A stretch of DNA of 64,000 nt. It comes from Candidatus Levybacteria bacterium RIFCSPHIGHO2_01_FULL_40_16. GTDB taxonomy: Bacteria > Patescibacteriota > Microgenomatia > Levybacterales > UBA12049. Where the stretch lies: contig MFNS01000005.1 of the NCBI GenBank assembly GCA_001783805.1, forward strand, positions 1,636 through 65,635. The letters run 5' to 3'. The notes beneath the pieces were generated by a model, which worked only from the letters and a program-made list of their open reading frames with translations, did no database searches and was not told where the DNA came from. Made by a program: the position numbers and the translations under genes. This document shows positions 8,942 to 18,680 of this stretch, piece after piece. The number at the start of each line of letters is the position of its first letter. Position 1 is the stretch's first letter.

Positions 8942-11710
8942 GTGGAAGCCAATAACTGCGAAAGTTCCTCCGAGCATTAATAGTCCCAGATATTCCAGAT
9001 ACTGCGGCCAGAAGATGATGATAATTTTTTGATTGTTAAATTGTTGAATTGTTAAATTGCTATCAAGGATCCAGCCGTTAGCCCAATTATTTACCAGAAC
9101 ATGCTCTTTTAATTCGTTACCAAACAAAAAAGGGAGTGCATTACTTAGCCAGTTTATGTTTTTAACCTCATAAGCTTTCCACCCTGAATCAAAGGATTGG
9201 GAATAAACAAGAACATTTATATCTTCATTTGAAGCTTTGGAGGAGTAGGTTTCTATCTGTGAAAGTTTAGCGTAATCAAAAGGGTAGACTTCAATTGCCT
9301 TGATGTCGTTTACGCTTGGATTGTTTTTAACGGAGAAATTATTAATATTAATATCAAATCCCACACTCTGATCAATGGGAGGAAGTAAAAAGAGATTTTG
9401 CTTGAATTCTTTTGAGCCGGAAAGATGAGTAAAAAGATCACAACGTTTGGAAATATAGTTGTAGACACACAATCTCAACGGAAGTCCCTGAACATTCCTT
9501 GCATTAATTGAAATAAGATATCCCTGGTTTCTGGGGAAAGAGGTATAGGAAAAATGTTCGCAAAAAGACCCGCCCAGAGAAGAATATTCAATAAATCCGT
9601 CTGATTTTTCCAGAATAATGGTTTTCTGAAAGTTTGTTTTTTCTTGAGAATTTATTGGCGGACAATCATTGTTGGCGTTTGAGGTGATTTTCTGATCCAA
9701 AGTAACGGGGGTGGGGAATGAAGCTAAAATATCTTTGGAAATGATTCTATTTTGATTATCAAGAATATTTCTAAAAGGATAAAAAACTGTGTTTTCTTCA
9801 GAATTGAGATAAGTAATATAGTCATGATATTTTGCGTAAGCAAAATCATCATAAAAAACAGCGGAGGGACCGACCGAAATAGGGTTTTTGATAACACGCA
9901 CTTGCGGATTTTTAAATTCGGTCTCATAAACTAAAAGGTCTCCAAAATGAGCAATTTGCTTGAGCGATGCATCATTATTTAAAAGTTTTTCTGTTTCACC
10001 CTGAAAAAGAACTTCATTATTTTCTCCTTGTTCGGGAGCAATAATGCTTTGATCCCAAAGAATATAGGAAATATCATACTTTTGCAGCACGTTGTTTAGT
10101 TTTTTTTGATCCTGTGAATAGATAGCTTGGGACATTTCCCGGTAATATTGTTCATTTGCCGGGTTCCACCTGTCAAATTCCCGTTCCATTACAGGATCTT
10201 TAAGACCAAACCATAAGAATCCTGCGCCTTGATAGCCCCCGCCTGCAACGCTTGCGCTAGCATTGCGGGCAGGCCAAGAATAATAATTCCAACCCCAAAA
10301 ATTATGAATCGGCAAAGTTGCTACCCGACCGTAAGGCTGATTATTAAGCAGGTTAAAAACAGAGAAATAACCGGAAGGAATATTAACTTTCATCAGGGGA
10401 CTAATGAGATTGCCTTGGAAAGCAGGCAGCATATAATACAGAAAAGCCAAAAAGATTAAAATGAAAGAATACGTATTCAACTTTCTAATTAAAAGTTTTA
10501 TACCGAAAGCAAAATAGCAACTCAGGGCAAGCATCAAAAGGATAGAAAATTTAGTGAAGGGAAAACGTATTGCTTCTTTAAAAAGTGGAATTGTATTTTG
10601 GAGAAAGCTAAACAAGAGCCCAAAAGGAGGATTATCAGTCAGAAGGAAAAAAGTTGCCAGTCCGAAAATTGCCAGCAGACAAAAAGAAATTATATTTTTC
10701 TTAATAACAGAATAAGCCAGTCCCAGAAGAGCGATTAAAAATAATCCATATCCGATAATTAACACAATAGGTTGCTGTAGATGGCTAATCCAGACTTTCA
10801 GGAGGGGTCCGAATTCACCATTACCAACATAAGCGTTCCAGTTAAAAAGGAAATTTTTAAAAATTAAAATATCGGGAATTGTCCCGTAAAGCTTATTATT
10901 CGCAAAAGCCTCTTCGGTGAAAAGAGATTCAATTTTGGAACTGCCGATTTGCCCCCCCTGACTTAGGATGAAATATAAATTAGGCAAAAGCCAAAATGCA
11001 TTGATTAAAAATGTAATTAAAATAATTTTAAGAGAGCTTATCTTAATTTCTTTTTTTCGATGGATAAGATTATAGGCAAAAAGGAATAACAGAAGCGAAA
11101 GGAAATAAGCAAACCAGAGGGTGGAGGTGTGGGCGATTGAGGCAGAGAAAAAAGTGAAAATTGCAAATAGCAAAAGATATCTCTTTAAGCTAGATTGGAG
11201 AAATTGAACAACAAATAAGAACAGCCAGGGAAGTGTGGCGAAATGAGTTGCGAACATTTCCAAGGGTACAAAATAGTGCTGAACTGTTCCTAAATTAAAT
11301 AAATAAAAAAGAGCTCCGCCAAACGAGGAAATTTTATTTTGAAGAGAATCTTCTTTCAAGATACCCCTTTTTATAAAATAATACATTCCCAAAGGTCCTA
11401 AAATTAAAGTAAGAAAAAAATAAGAGTAGCGGAGAAAAGAGAGCGGTAAGATAAACGAAAGGGGATAATAAAGAAGCATTCTGGGAAATTCCGAAGGATG
11501 AGCTTGAGAAGAAAGAGCGCCAAGCCCCTGATGCGATTCCCAAACTCCAAATAGAATTCTCTTAAAATATTCCGGGAAATTAAATTCGGGATGAAGAGTG
11601 TCCCAGCCGGAAAGGATTGTGCCACCTTTATAATTTGCCATCGCCAGAATTAGAGATAGCAAGATTAAAATAAAGACAAAAATATTATTTTTTAATATTC
11701 TTTTCATCAC
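8927..11710 (-). CDS. Large GT-C/YfhO-like membrane glycosyltransferase
   Basis: About 12 N-terminal TM helices, 'IRFPFTKF', large extracytoplasmic domain, C-terminal 'SFDSGWKA...HVLVNNWANGW..' plus TM, typical of YfhO-like proteins. Confidence 0.7.
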   Translation of the reverse strand: MMKRILKNNIFVFILILLSLILAMANYKGGTILSGWDTLHPEFNFPEYFKRILFGVWESHQGLGALSSQAHPSEFPRMLLYYPLSFILPLSFLRYSYFFLTLILGPLGMYYFIKRGILKEDSLQNKISSFGGALFYLFNLGTVQHYFVPLEMFATHFATLPWLFLFVVQFLQSSLKRYLLLFAIFTFFSASIAHTSTLWFAYFLSLLLFLFAYNLIHRKKEIKISSLKIILITFLINAFWLLPNLYFILSQGGQIGSSKIESLFTEEAFANNKLYGTIPDILIFKNFLFNWNAYVGNGEFGPLLKVWISHLQQPIVLIIGYGLFLIALLGLAYSVIKKNIISFCLLAIFGLATFFLLTDNPPFGLLFSFLQNTIPLFKEAIRFPFTKFSILLMLALSCYFAFGIKLLIRKLNTYSFILIFLAFLYYMLPAFQGNLISPLMKVNIPSGYFSVFNLLNNQPYGRVATLPIHNFWGWNYYSWPARNASASVAGGGYQGAGFLWFGLKDPVMEREFDRWNPANEQYYREMSQAIYSQDQKKLNNVLQKYDISYILWDQSIIAPEQGENNEVLFQGETEKLLNNDASLKQIAHFGDLLVYETEFKNPQVRVIKNPISVGPSAVFYDDFAYAKYHDYITYLNSEENTVFYPFRNILDNQNRIISKDILASFPTPVTLDQKITSNANNDCPPINSQEKTNFQKTIILEKSDGFIEYSSLGGSFCEHFSYTSFPRNQGYLISINARNVQGLPLRLCVYNYISKRCDLFTHLSGSKEFKQNLFLLPPIDQSVGFDININNFSVKNNPSVNDIKAIEVYPFDYAKLSQIETYSSKASNEDINVLVYSQSFDSGWKAYEVKNINWLSNALPFLFGNELKEHVLVNNWANGWILDSNLTIQQFNNQKIIIIFWPQYLEYLGLLMLGGTFAVIGFHLRRR

Positions 11711-11796
11711 AGTAAACCCTAGAGATTATTATAGAATCTCTAGGGTTATTTGCAGACCTACAATTAAACCACTACTGTATAGAGGTGTAATTATAA

Positions 11797-12600
11797 TTAT
11801 CTCTCTCCTCGAACGTTAGTTCGAGCCCAATTATTATCAACAGCCCTATTTAAAGCGTCAGCTTCATGCGCTGCCGCGTTTGCAATCGGGACTATCGTTA
11901 CTGCGCCATCAGTTATAGTGGGATTAAACCATGCTGGATAATTATTTCCAGTAGATCTATTCATCCGAATTTGAAATAATCCAGGACCTTCTCCATTGAC
12001 AAAATAACCCTGTTCTATAGCTGCTTGGCCAGGATTAAGAGAATAAGGGACCTGCATGGTATTTCCCACGCCGGTTAATAAATTACTTATTGGCTGAACC
12101 ATATGCGCGGCTATATTTACGGATTTTTTTGTCCGAACATCTATCAGATCATAACGTCCGGTAGATTGATTAAATCTGACACTATAAAAATCTCCGTATG
12201 CTGCTGCTGATTCAGGCCTCGGTGTATATATCTCATAGCCTGGTGCTGGAAATATCTCACTTGGCCTTGGAGTAACAGGCACATAGACCGGCACCTCTTT
12301 TATTATTGTTTTTGGCGGCTTTTTTGCTGCAGCCTCTTCAACCGCTTTATCAAATTTTGCCTTTTCTGCTTCTCTCCTCGCCAATTCTTTATTTACTGCT
12401 TGTTCTAAAGTCTCTGTTGGCGTAGGTGTTCCCGTTGCTGGACTTGCAATTGGAGGAACAGTAATATTTACAGTTTTTCCCTCACAACCTGCTGCAGCGA
12501 CACCTAATGAAGCAAGAAGTGTCAATGCCGTTAAGGTACCTACTAATCTCTTAGTTACTTGTTTCATTTTGCTTCTTGGCTTTTCTATTTCATGTTTCAT
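11797..12600 (-). CDS. Putative lipoprotein, hypothetical
   Basis: Basic N-terminus, hydrophobic stretch, lipobox-like AAGC, Pro/Thr linker; strong SD AAGGAGGGGGGTG upstream. Confidence 0.65.
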   Translation of the reverse strand: MKHEIEKPRSKMKQVTKRLVGTLTALTLLASLGVAAAGCEGKTVNITVPPIASPATGTPTPTETLEQAVNKELARREAEKAKFDKAVEEAAAKKPPKTIIKEVPVYVPVTPRPSEIFPAPGYEIYTPRPESAAAYGDFYSVRFNQSTGRYDLIDVRTKKSVNIAAHMVQPISNLLTGVGNTMQVPYSLNPGQAAIEQGYFVNGEGPGLFQIRMNRSTGNNYPAWFNPTITDGAVTIVPIANAAAHEADALNRAVDNNWARTNVRGER

Positions 12601-12620
12601 ATTTTCACCCCCCTCCTTGA

Positions 12621-13883
12621 TTATTTAGGAAAAATTTTAGTTCCATTTAGGAATATTTCTTTTACTGGGATTCGGAATGGGAGAAAATAACCAAAATATT
12701 GCATTGTTGCCCAAGTTGCGAGCACAACTGCGGCTCCGGCTATAATAACCTTTTTATGACGTTTTATAAAGTTTCCGAATCTTCTAAAGACATTTTTATT
12801 CTTCTTTTCTTCAATTTCATGCAATAGTTTTTCTTTTCCTGCTTTTTCACCATTCTCTTTGGCTTTTTTAGCTTCTGACTTGGTTGCTTCTACTTCTTTT
12901 TTTGCCGCTTCTGCATCTTTTCTCGCCGCTTCTGCCCTGTCGTTTGCTTCTTTTATTACCTTATTTGCTTCATCTATTATTTTTTGCTCTCTTTCAGTTG
13001 GTGTTGGCTGAGTTGCCTCTGTTTCTTTGGTTTCGGTTTTCTTTTTTGCTTCTTCGGGTTTTGTTTCAGAGGCTGCAGCTAGTTTAGCTGGCGTTTGTTC
13101 TGCGGGAGCAATTTTTATTTCTGGCTGTTGTTTTGCATCCTCGATTGGTTTTATTTCCTTAACTGCTACCGATTTTTCTTCCTGTTTATCTTCAGCCGGA
13201 GCGGCGTTCATTAATTTTCTCAAGCGGTTTTGCGCAGCGTAATAATAGCTTTTGCCATCATTCCCTTGCGGTTTTCCGTCGCCTGACCAGTCAAGGTAAG
13301 CTGCCAATTTTATTTCTTCTTCCGTTGGCTCTTTTATGGATTGCCCTTCTTTTACTGGAGATTGTGAATCCGCAACTGGGGATTCTGCTGATTGATTCTT
13401 TCCGCGCCATATTCCGGCATTGTAACTAGCCTCCTGTTCGGCATTTGAGAGGCCTATCGAATCCTGTGCCGAAACCTCTTGAGGTTTTTCTTCCTGCGTG
13501 ACTTCTTGTTTTTTCGCATTATCTTCAGCTATTTTTTTGGCTTCATCAGTAGCTTTTTGTATCGTAATAAGTGTATCATTGAGGTTCTGAATTCGTTGAT
13601 CAGCTTCATCCAAAACTTCAGGCAAAGATATCTTAAAAAATAGATCTGTTCCCAACAATTTGCCGCTTTTATTGTATTCATCTGCTGTGTCTGTCTGCTT
13701 CTTTTTTCTAGATTGGTTTCTTTGTTTTAATATATTTTCCGCAGCAAACCAATCTCTCCAATCATTGCCGTCCTTTTTTCCATTTCTTTCAAAAATACCG
13801 TAGGCAATTTTTTGTGTTTGCTCAAATTTATTTAGTCTTTTTTTTGACTCCTGTCCATTTAGTGGTTTTCTTTCGAGTGTCAT
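12621..13883 (-). CDS. Coiled-coil, C-terminally anchored protein with two DUF2934-like motifs
   Basis: 'AYGIFERNGKKDGNDWRDWFAAENIL' and 'EPTEEEIKLAAYLDWSGDGKPQGNDGKSYYYAAQNRL'; C-terminal TM. Confidence 0.7.
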   Translation of the reverse strand: MTLERKPLNGQESKKRLNKFEQTQKIAYGIFERNGKKDGNDWRDWFAAENILKQRNQSRKKKQTDTADEYNKSGKLLGTDLFFKISLPEVLDEADQRIQNLNDTLITIQKATDEAKKIAEDNAKKQEVTQEEKPQEVSAQDSIGLSNAEQEASYNAGIWRGKNQSAESPVADSQSPVKEGQSIKEPTEEEIKLAAYLDWSGDGKPQGNDGKSYYYAAQNRLRKLMNAAPAEDKQEEKSVAVKEIKPIEDAKQQPEIKIAPAEQTPAKLAAASETKPEEAKKKTETKETEATQPTPTEREQKIIDEANKVIKEANDRAEAARKDAEAAKKEVEATKSEAKKAKENGEKAGKEKLLHEIEEKKNKNVFRRFGNFIKRHKKVIIAGAAVVLATWATMQYFGYFLPFRIPVKEIFLNGTKIFPK

Positions 13884-13884
13884 A

Positions 13885-14640
13885 TTAGTTCAAACCCTCC
13901 TTTTTGATTGCTTGTTTTCTCAAAAACCATCCGGCGAGACCGGTGGGGATCATCGCGATTAAGCCAAAAGCTTCCGGGCCGGTTTTAGGAGAGGTAGCTA
14001 CAGATACAGGAGAGTAGACCGGAAATCCGCCCTTGGTAGTTACAGTAGTTATACTCGGCGCGGCTTTTTCAATGCAGAATTGCGCGTTATCCTGGCTGAC
14101 ATTCGCGCTGTCAATCGTAGCAATTGCCTGATTTACTACACATACCACGGATCCCTGGGCAACAGGAATTTGATCCGCGTTGAGAATTCTGCCGACAATA
14201 GAATACTTACGTGTTTCATTTGGCGCGAGATTGGTAAGACTGAAAGAAAGAGTATTAGTATTGATATCAAAAGTTCCTGCTCCGGAGCCAAAACTGACGT
14301 ATTGAGGAAAAATATCTTTGACGTCAATCCTGGCAACATTATTATTGCCGGTGTTGGTTATAGATATTTGAAAAGTGGCAATGAATCCCGGTTGGTACTT
14401 GGAATCATTAATACTTAAGTTATCAATGAATTGATTTGTCTGGGGATTGAGTACGGTTTTATTGACTACGATATTATTAGTAGTAACACAGCTTTGTCCG
14501 CCGCCGTAAATTGGCTGGCACGAAGTGTCGGCAAAAGCAGTTTTTGAAAATTGAGAATTGAAAATTGAAAATTGAAAAACGGACAATATAATTAAGGCCG
14601 TTTTTAATATCCTGCCCATAAGTAGTGGTAAGATTATCAC
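13885..14640 (-). CDS. Secreted DUF11-like protein with sortase-type sorting signal
   Basis: Signal peptide (AFA-D), DUF11-like 'PG..ATFQISITNTG...VKDIFP', C-terminal SPKTG + hydrophobic helix + basic tail. Confidence 0.75.
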   Translation of the reverse strand: MIILPLLMGRILKTALIILSVFQFSIFNSQFSKTAFADTSCQPIYGGGQSCVTTNNIVVNKTVLNPQTNQFIDNLSINDSKYQPGFIATFQISITNTGNNNVARIDVKDIFPQYVSFGSGAGTFDINTNTLSFSLTNLAPNETRKYSIVGRILNADQIPVAQGSVVCVVNQAIATIDSANVSQDNAQFCIEKAAPSITTVTTKGGFPVYSPVSVATSPKTGPEAFGLIAMIPTGLAGWFLRKQAIKKEGLN

Positions 14641-14949
14641 AAAGCTATAGGCTAAGTCAAGTTACTCCTTGACCCCCCCGCTACGTCGCTTACTTGCTCC
14701 CTGGGGCAACAACAATCTCGCATCGCAAGAGCGCGCGTACGGGGTCTGCGTCGCAAATTTCATTTGCTCCTTGACAAGGCGGGGAAGTTATGGTGTAATA
14801 CGGATGGTTCTGCATTGCAGAATAGTCCCTTCGGAGAAAAGTTCCACAAGATGTGAATAATAATTTCTAATTGACCCAATAATTAAAGTATAATTTATCA
14901 TTTAACAGGTATCGTTTAACACTTATTTTTCACTGCCAAATTTTCAAAT

Positions 14950-16293
14950 ATGCCTTATAAAAAAACTACGCCTCAAAAAGATTCAGTTAAGGTACAAGTA
15001 GATAAAATAATCGGTTCTCCTTCCATTGCTTCCGCCTCCGCCAAGGCTTCGGCGGACAAGAAAACATTGGAGGGCAAACCTTCTGCGGCAGTTCTTGCTA
15101 TAAAGCCTATTTCTGTAACACCAGCGGCTTCACCAGCTCAAGCTCAAGCCCAGCCAATCAACAATTTTGCCTATCGGCAAGAGCCCTCGATTACGGTTGA
15201 GGTTTCGGGAATTTTAGATATTCAGCCGGAAGGACACGGATTTTTAAGACCTAAATTTATTCCTTCTCAACGTGATGTTTATATTTCCCAATCTCAGATA
15301 CGCCGTTTCATGCTTCGTCCCGGAGATTTGATCAAGGGAGTCGGGCGTCCTCCCAAAGATACGGAACGTTACTTTGGATTATTAAAGGTAGAAACCGTTA
15401 ATAGCATACCGGCGGATGATTCTTTGCGGCGGCCTTATTTTGATGATCTGACTCCTGTTTATCCCAAAAAACAAATCATCCTATCAACCGGCAAGCTTCC
15501 TTTGTCAACCCGCATAATTGATCTGGTTTCTCCGATTGGATTTGGGCAAAGAGGAATGATTGTCTCGCCTCCCAAAGCCGGGAAAACGACAATTCTCAAA
15601 GAAATTGCCGCCGGAGTTGCTCAAAATTATCCCAAAGCACATTTAATGGCAGCTTTAATCGGGGAGCGCCCTGAAGAGGTAACGGACATTGCCCAATCTG
15701 TCAAAGGAGATGTAGTTGCTTCGCATTTCGATGAGCCGCCGGATAATCAAACCAGAGTTGCAGAAATAACTCTGGAGCGGGCAAAAAGACTGGTGGAAAC
15801 GGGAATAGACGTGATCATTCTCTTAGATTCAATTACCCGTTTAGCCCGCGCCTACAATCTGTCTGTCGCGCCATCCGGCCGTACCCTATCCGGAGGTTTC
15901 GACCCTGCAGCCTTATGGCCGGCCAAAAAATTCTTCGGAGCAGCCAGAAATTGCCAGGAGGGCGGATCTCTAACGATTATTGGAACCGCTTTGGTTGACA
16001 CTGGATCCCGCATGGATGATTTAATTTACGAAGAATTTAAAGGCACTGGAAATTTGGAATTGCATTTAGATAGGAGACTGGCTGACCGTAGGATCTTCCC
16101 TGCAATTGACATTACCCGTTCTGGAACAAGGCAGGAAGAGCTATTGTTATCTGAAAAAGATCTTAAAAAAGTCTCGACAATGCGCCGGATGATTGATATG
16201 CTCGGACCGGAAGAGCGGACCAGCATTTTTGTGGAAAGATTGTCCAAAACTACCACCAACGAAGAATTCCTCGAAACTCTCGGAAAAGGCTAG
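14950..16293 (+). CDS. rho: Transcription termination factor Rho
   Basis: 'GHGFLR', 'DVYISQSQIRRF', Walker A PPKAGKT, 'LDSITRLARAYN', 'EEFKGTGN'. Confidence 0.98.
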   Translation: MPYKKTTPQKDSVKVQVDKIIGSPSIASASAKASADKKTLEGKPSAAVLAIKPISVTPAASPAQAQAQPINNFAYRQEPSITVEVSGILDIQPEGHGFLRPKFIPSQRDVYISQSQIRRFMLRPGDLIKGVGRPPKDTERYFGLLKVETVNSIPADDSLRRPYFDDLTPVYPKKQIILSTGKLPLSTRIIDLVSPIGFGQRGMIVSPPKAGKTTILKEIAAGVAQNYPKAHLMAALIGERPEEVTDIAQSVKGDVVASHFDEPPDNQTRVAEITLERAKRLVETGIDVIILLDSITRLARAYNLSVAPSGRTLSGGFDPAALWPAKKFFGAARNCQEGGSLTIIGTALVDTGSRMDDLIYEEFKGTGNLELHLDRRLADRRIFPAIDITRSGTRQEELLLSEKDLKKVSTMRRMIDMLGPEERTSIFVERLSKTTTNEEFLETLGKG

Positions 16294-16437
16294 TCCAATT
16301 TTCAATTTGCAATTTTCAATCAATTTTCAATGATTAAATGTTTAAAAATTAAAACATTTAGATTTCATTCAAGATTTCGAATTTAAAATTTAAAATTTGA
16401 CTCTGTCATCCATTTTTGTTACCATTTCTTCTCAACC

Positions 16438-17544
16438 ATGATTAAGCCCTCCCTTAATTCTTTTGTCGCAGGCGTTTCGGATTTCGCTAAATTTTGTCAG
16501 TTCCTCTTTTCCTATTTCAAGAAAAAAATTGTCACCATGTCAGTTATTTTTGAGGCTAATAAAAATAGTCTTGTAAAATTGTTTACGATGAAAAGAGGGC
16601 GTTATAACAGGCCGTTTATGCATGTTGCAGCAATGGGATTTTTGGGAATCGGAGTAATTATTTCTCCATTTCTGGCAGACACCTATCCGATATTTGAGAA
16701 TCAAGCAAGTAATCTCCCGATTAGCTCTTCGAATTCCAAAGAGTCAATTAGTGTAAGTTCGGATGTTTTCCAAACCGTTAACTCCGTGAAGCCCCGGGAT
16801 AGAATTCTTGATTATACTGTTGAAAGGGGAGATACTCTTTCGACGATTGCCGAGAAATTTGGCATCTCCACGGAAACTATCCGTTGGGCGAACGATTTAT
16901 CTAACGATAATATAGCAGTTGGAGACAGTCTTAAGATATTGCCGGTGACGGGAATTGCCTACAAAGTCGCCAAAGGTGATTCCGTATATTCAATTGCGAA
17001 AAAATTAGATACGGAAGCTCAAAAAATAGTTGATTTTCCCTTTAATGATTTTGCCAATCCGGAGACATTTACCTTGGTTGAAGGCCAAATGCTCATAGTT
17101 CCGGATGGAGTCAGGCCTGCAGAGCAGCCAACGTTTAGACGTCAAATCTATATAGCTTCAGGCCCGGTTACAATTTCCGGCTTAGGCTTTACTTGGCCGG
17201 TTCGTGGAGTTATCAGTCAATTTGCGTCTTGGTATCATATGGCAATTGATATTGCCACAGCTTACGGTACGCCGGTTGCTGCAGCGCAAAATGGAGTAGT
17301 GAGCAGCGTAAGTGTGGGAACATGGGATGGCGGTTATGGAACAAATGTTCGGGTTAGAAATGGTGATGTCGAAACTCTTTATTCACATCTTTCAGGCGTA
17401 AATGTCTCTGCCGGACAGACTGTAGTCGCCGGATCAACAGTTCTAGGCTGGATTGGTCTGACCGGAAGAACCACTGGTTCCCATGTCCACTTTGAAGTCC
17501 GCAAGGGAGGAACTCTGGTCAACCCGCTTCCATATCTGCAATAA
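16438..17544 (+). CDS. LysM/M23 peptidase
   Basis: TM, two LysM domains ('YTVERGDTLSTIAEKFGIS'), M23 motifs HxxxD ('HMAID') and HxH ('HVHFEV'). Confidence 0.93.
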   Translation: MIKPSLNSFVAGVSDFAKFCQFLFSYFKKKIVTMSVIFEANKNSLVKLFTMKRGRYNRPFMHVAAMGFLGIGVIISPFLADTYPIFENQASNLPISSSNSKESISVSSDVFQTVNSVKPRDRILDYTVERGDTLSTIAEKFGISTETIRWANDLSNDNIAVGDSLKILPVTGIAYKVAKGDSVYSIAKKLDTEAQKIVDFPFNDFANPETFTLVEGQMLIVPDGVRPAEQPTFRRQIYIASGPVTISGLGFTWPVRGVISQFASWYHMAIDIATAYGTPVAAAQNGVVSSVSVGTWDGGYGTNVRVRNGDVETLYSHLSGVNVSAGQTVVAGSTVLGWIGLTGRTTGSHVHFEVRKGGTLVNPLPYLQ

Positions 17545-17566
17545 TTATAGTATCATTATTGTTCAA

Positions 17567-17639
17567 GGGCCTGTAGCACAGTTGGTAATGCGCTGCATTC
17601 GCATTGCAGAGATCAGCGGTTCGAATCCGCTCAGGTCCA
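17567..17639 (+). tRNA. tRNA-Ala(CGC)
   Basis: Acceptor GGGCCTG/CAGGTCC with G3-U70, anticodon arm CTGCA-TTCGCAT-TGCAG, GGTTCGAATCC T-arm; CCA not encoded. Confidence 0.95.
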
Positions 17640-17641
17640 CT

Positions 17642-17712
17642 GGGCCTGTAGTACACCGGTAGTATAACTCCATGGCATGGAGTAGAAAGGGGTTCAATTC
17701 CCCTCAGGTCCA
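17642..17712 (+). tRNA. tRNA-Ala(GGC)
   Basis: Same acceptor stem, anticodon arm ACTCC-ATGGCAT-GGAGT, GGTTCAATTCC T-arm. Confidence 0.93.
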
Positions 17713-17938
17713 CTAAAAATTTTGGTGCTTGCTATTTTGTTTTGGGTTGCTGTATAATATGCAATATATTAATCCATCCTCCTTTCTCTAAATTCGAGAA
17801 ATAGGTAGGCGGAGTTTAGAGAAATTTTAATGATAAGCAAAATCCCAACAACATTATTACAGTTAAGCTATATTTTTTATGTTAAGCGAAGCCCGACTTC
17901 GCTAAAGCTTCGTCGGGTGAAAGGTGGTGAAATATAGA

Positions 17939-18238
17939 ATGGCAAATTTTCAAGATCAAAACTTAACTTGTCGCGATTGCAGCAAACCTTTTACTTGGAC
18001 AGCTTCTGAACAAGAATTTTACCAACAGAAAGGTTTCCAAAACGCACCGGTTAGATGTCCGGCCTGCCGCGCCTTAAAAAAGGCCCGTATGGAAGGAGAT
18101 CGGGGAATGTCCTCTGGACAATCCTTTCCGATAACTTGCGCAACCTGCGGCAAGTCAGATACTGTACCTTTCGAACCGAAAGGAAATAGACCAGTCCTTT
18201 GTAAGGATTGTTTTAGAAAACAAAGACAATCTGCATAA
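17939..18238 (+). CDS. Zinc-ribbon / CxxC-x17-CxxC domain protein
   Basis: 'LTCRDCSKPFTWTASEQEFY..KGF.N.P.RCPACR' and 'CATCG...VPFEP...RPVLCKDCF'; SD AAAGGTGGTG favours the ATG at 17939. Confidence 0.9.
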   Translation: MANFQDQNLTCRDCSKPFTWTASEQEFYQQKGFQNAPVRCPACRALKKARMEGDRGMSSGQSFPITCATCGKSDTVPFEPKGNRPVLCKDCFRKQRQSA

Positions 18239-18434
18239 GAGCGGATGTTATTTGGCCCCCTTCGCCCGTTGGGCTTCGGAGGGCTAAATGTATCGAAAGT
18301 ATCACGGCTTTTTAGATTTTCTATTTAGATTTATCCAGCACCTTTTGGGTGTTGGATGAAATCCAAGCAGTTTTAATTAATTTTAGAAAGGTGCTGGATT
18401 AATTCTTATCGTGATACTTTTGGTATAAAGTATA

Positions 18435-18664
18435 TTCTTGTACTTTTTTCCGCAAAAAGTACCAAAAGCTCTTTGCGAGTGAAAGTCGCGCCCCAAGGGC
18501 ACTAGCTTCTTCGAAGCGGCGGCTATTTTGCTCGCTCACTTATCGGGTAATTTCACCCCCTCCTCAATCTCGCTTTGCCAAGTCTGACTTGGCTTTGCTC
18601 GCTGAGGAATTCCCCTGACGCGTTCGCTCACAAAAACTTAACGCTCTTTGTTTCAGTCGCAAAA
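18435..18664 (+). repeat. Dispersed structured element, copy 2 (with nested mini-palindromes)
   Basis: GTACTTTTT-TCCGC-AAAAAGTAC hairpin; core TCGGGTAATTTCACCCCCTCCTC...GAGGAATTCCCCTGA; apical loop carries GCCAAGTCTGACTTGGC. Confidence 0.8.
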
Positions 18665-18680
18665 TTAAGACAGAAGAGGT

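Noticed and set aside
17519-17713. 64-aa ORF (likewise 46940-47250 ORFs)
   Set aside because: Shadows of tRNA genes.
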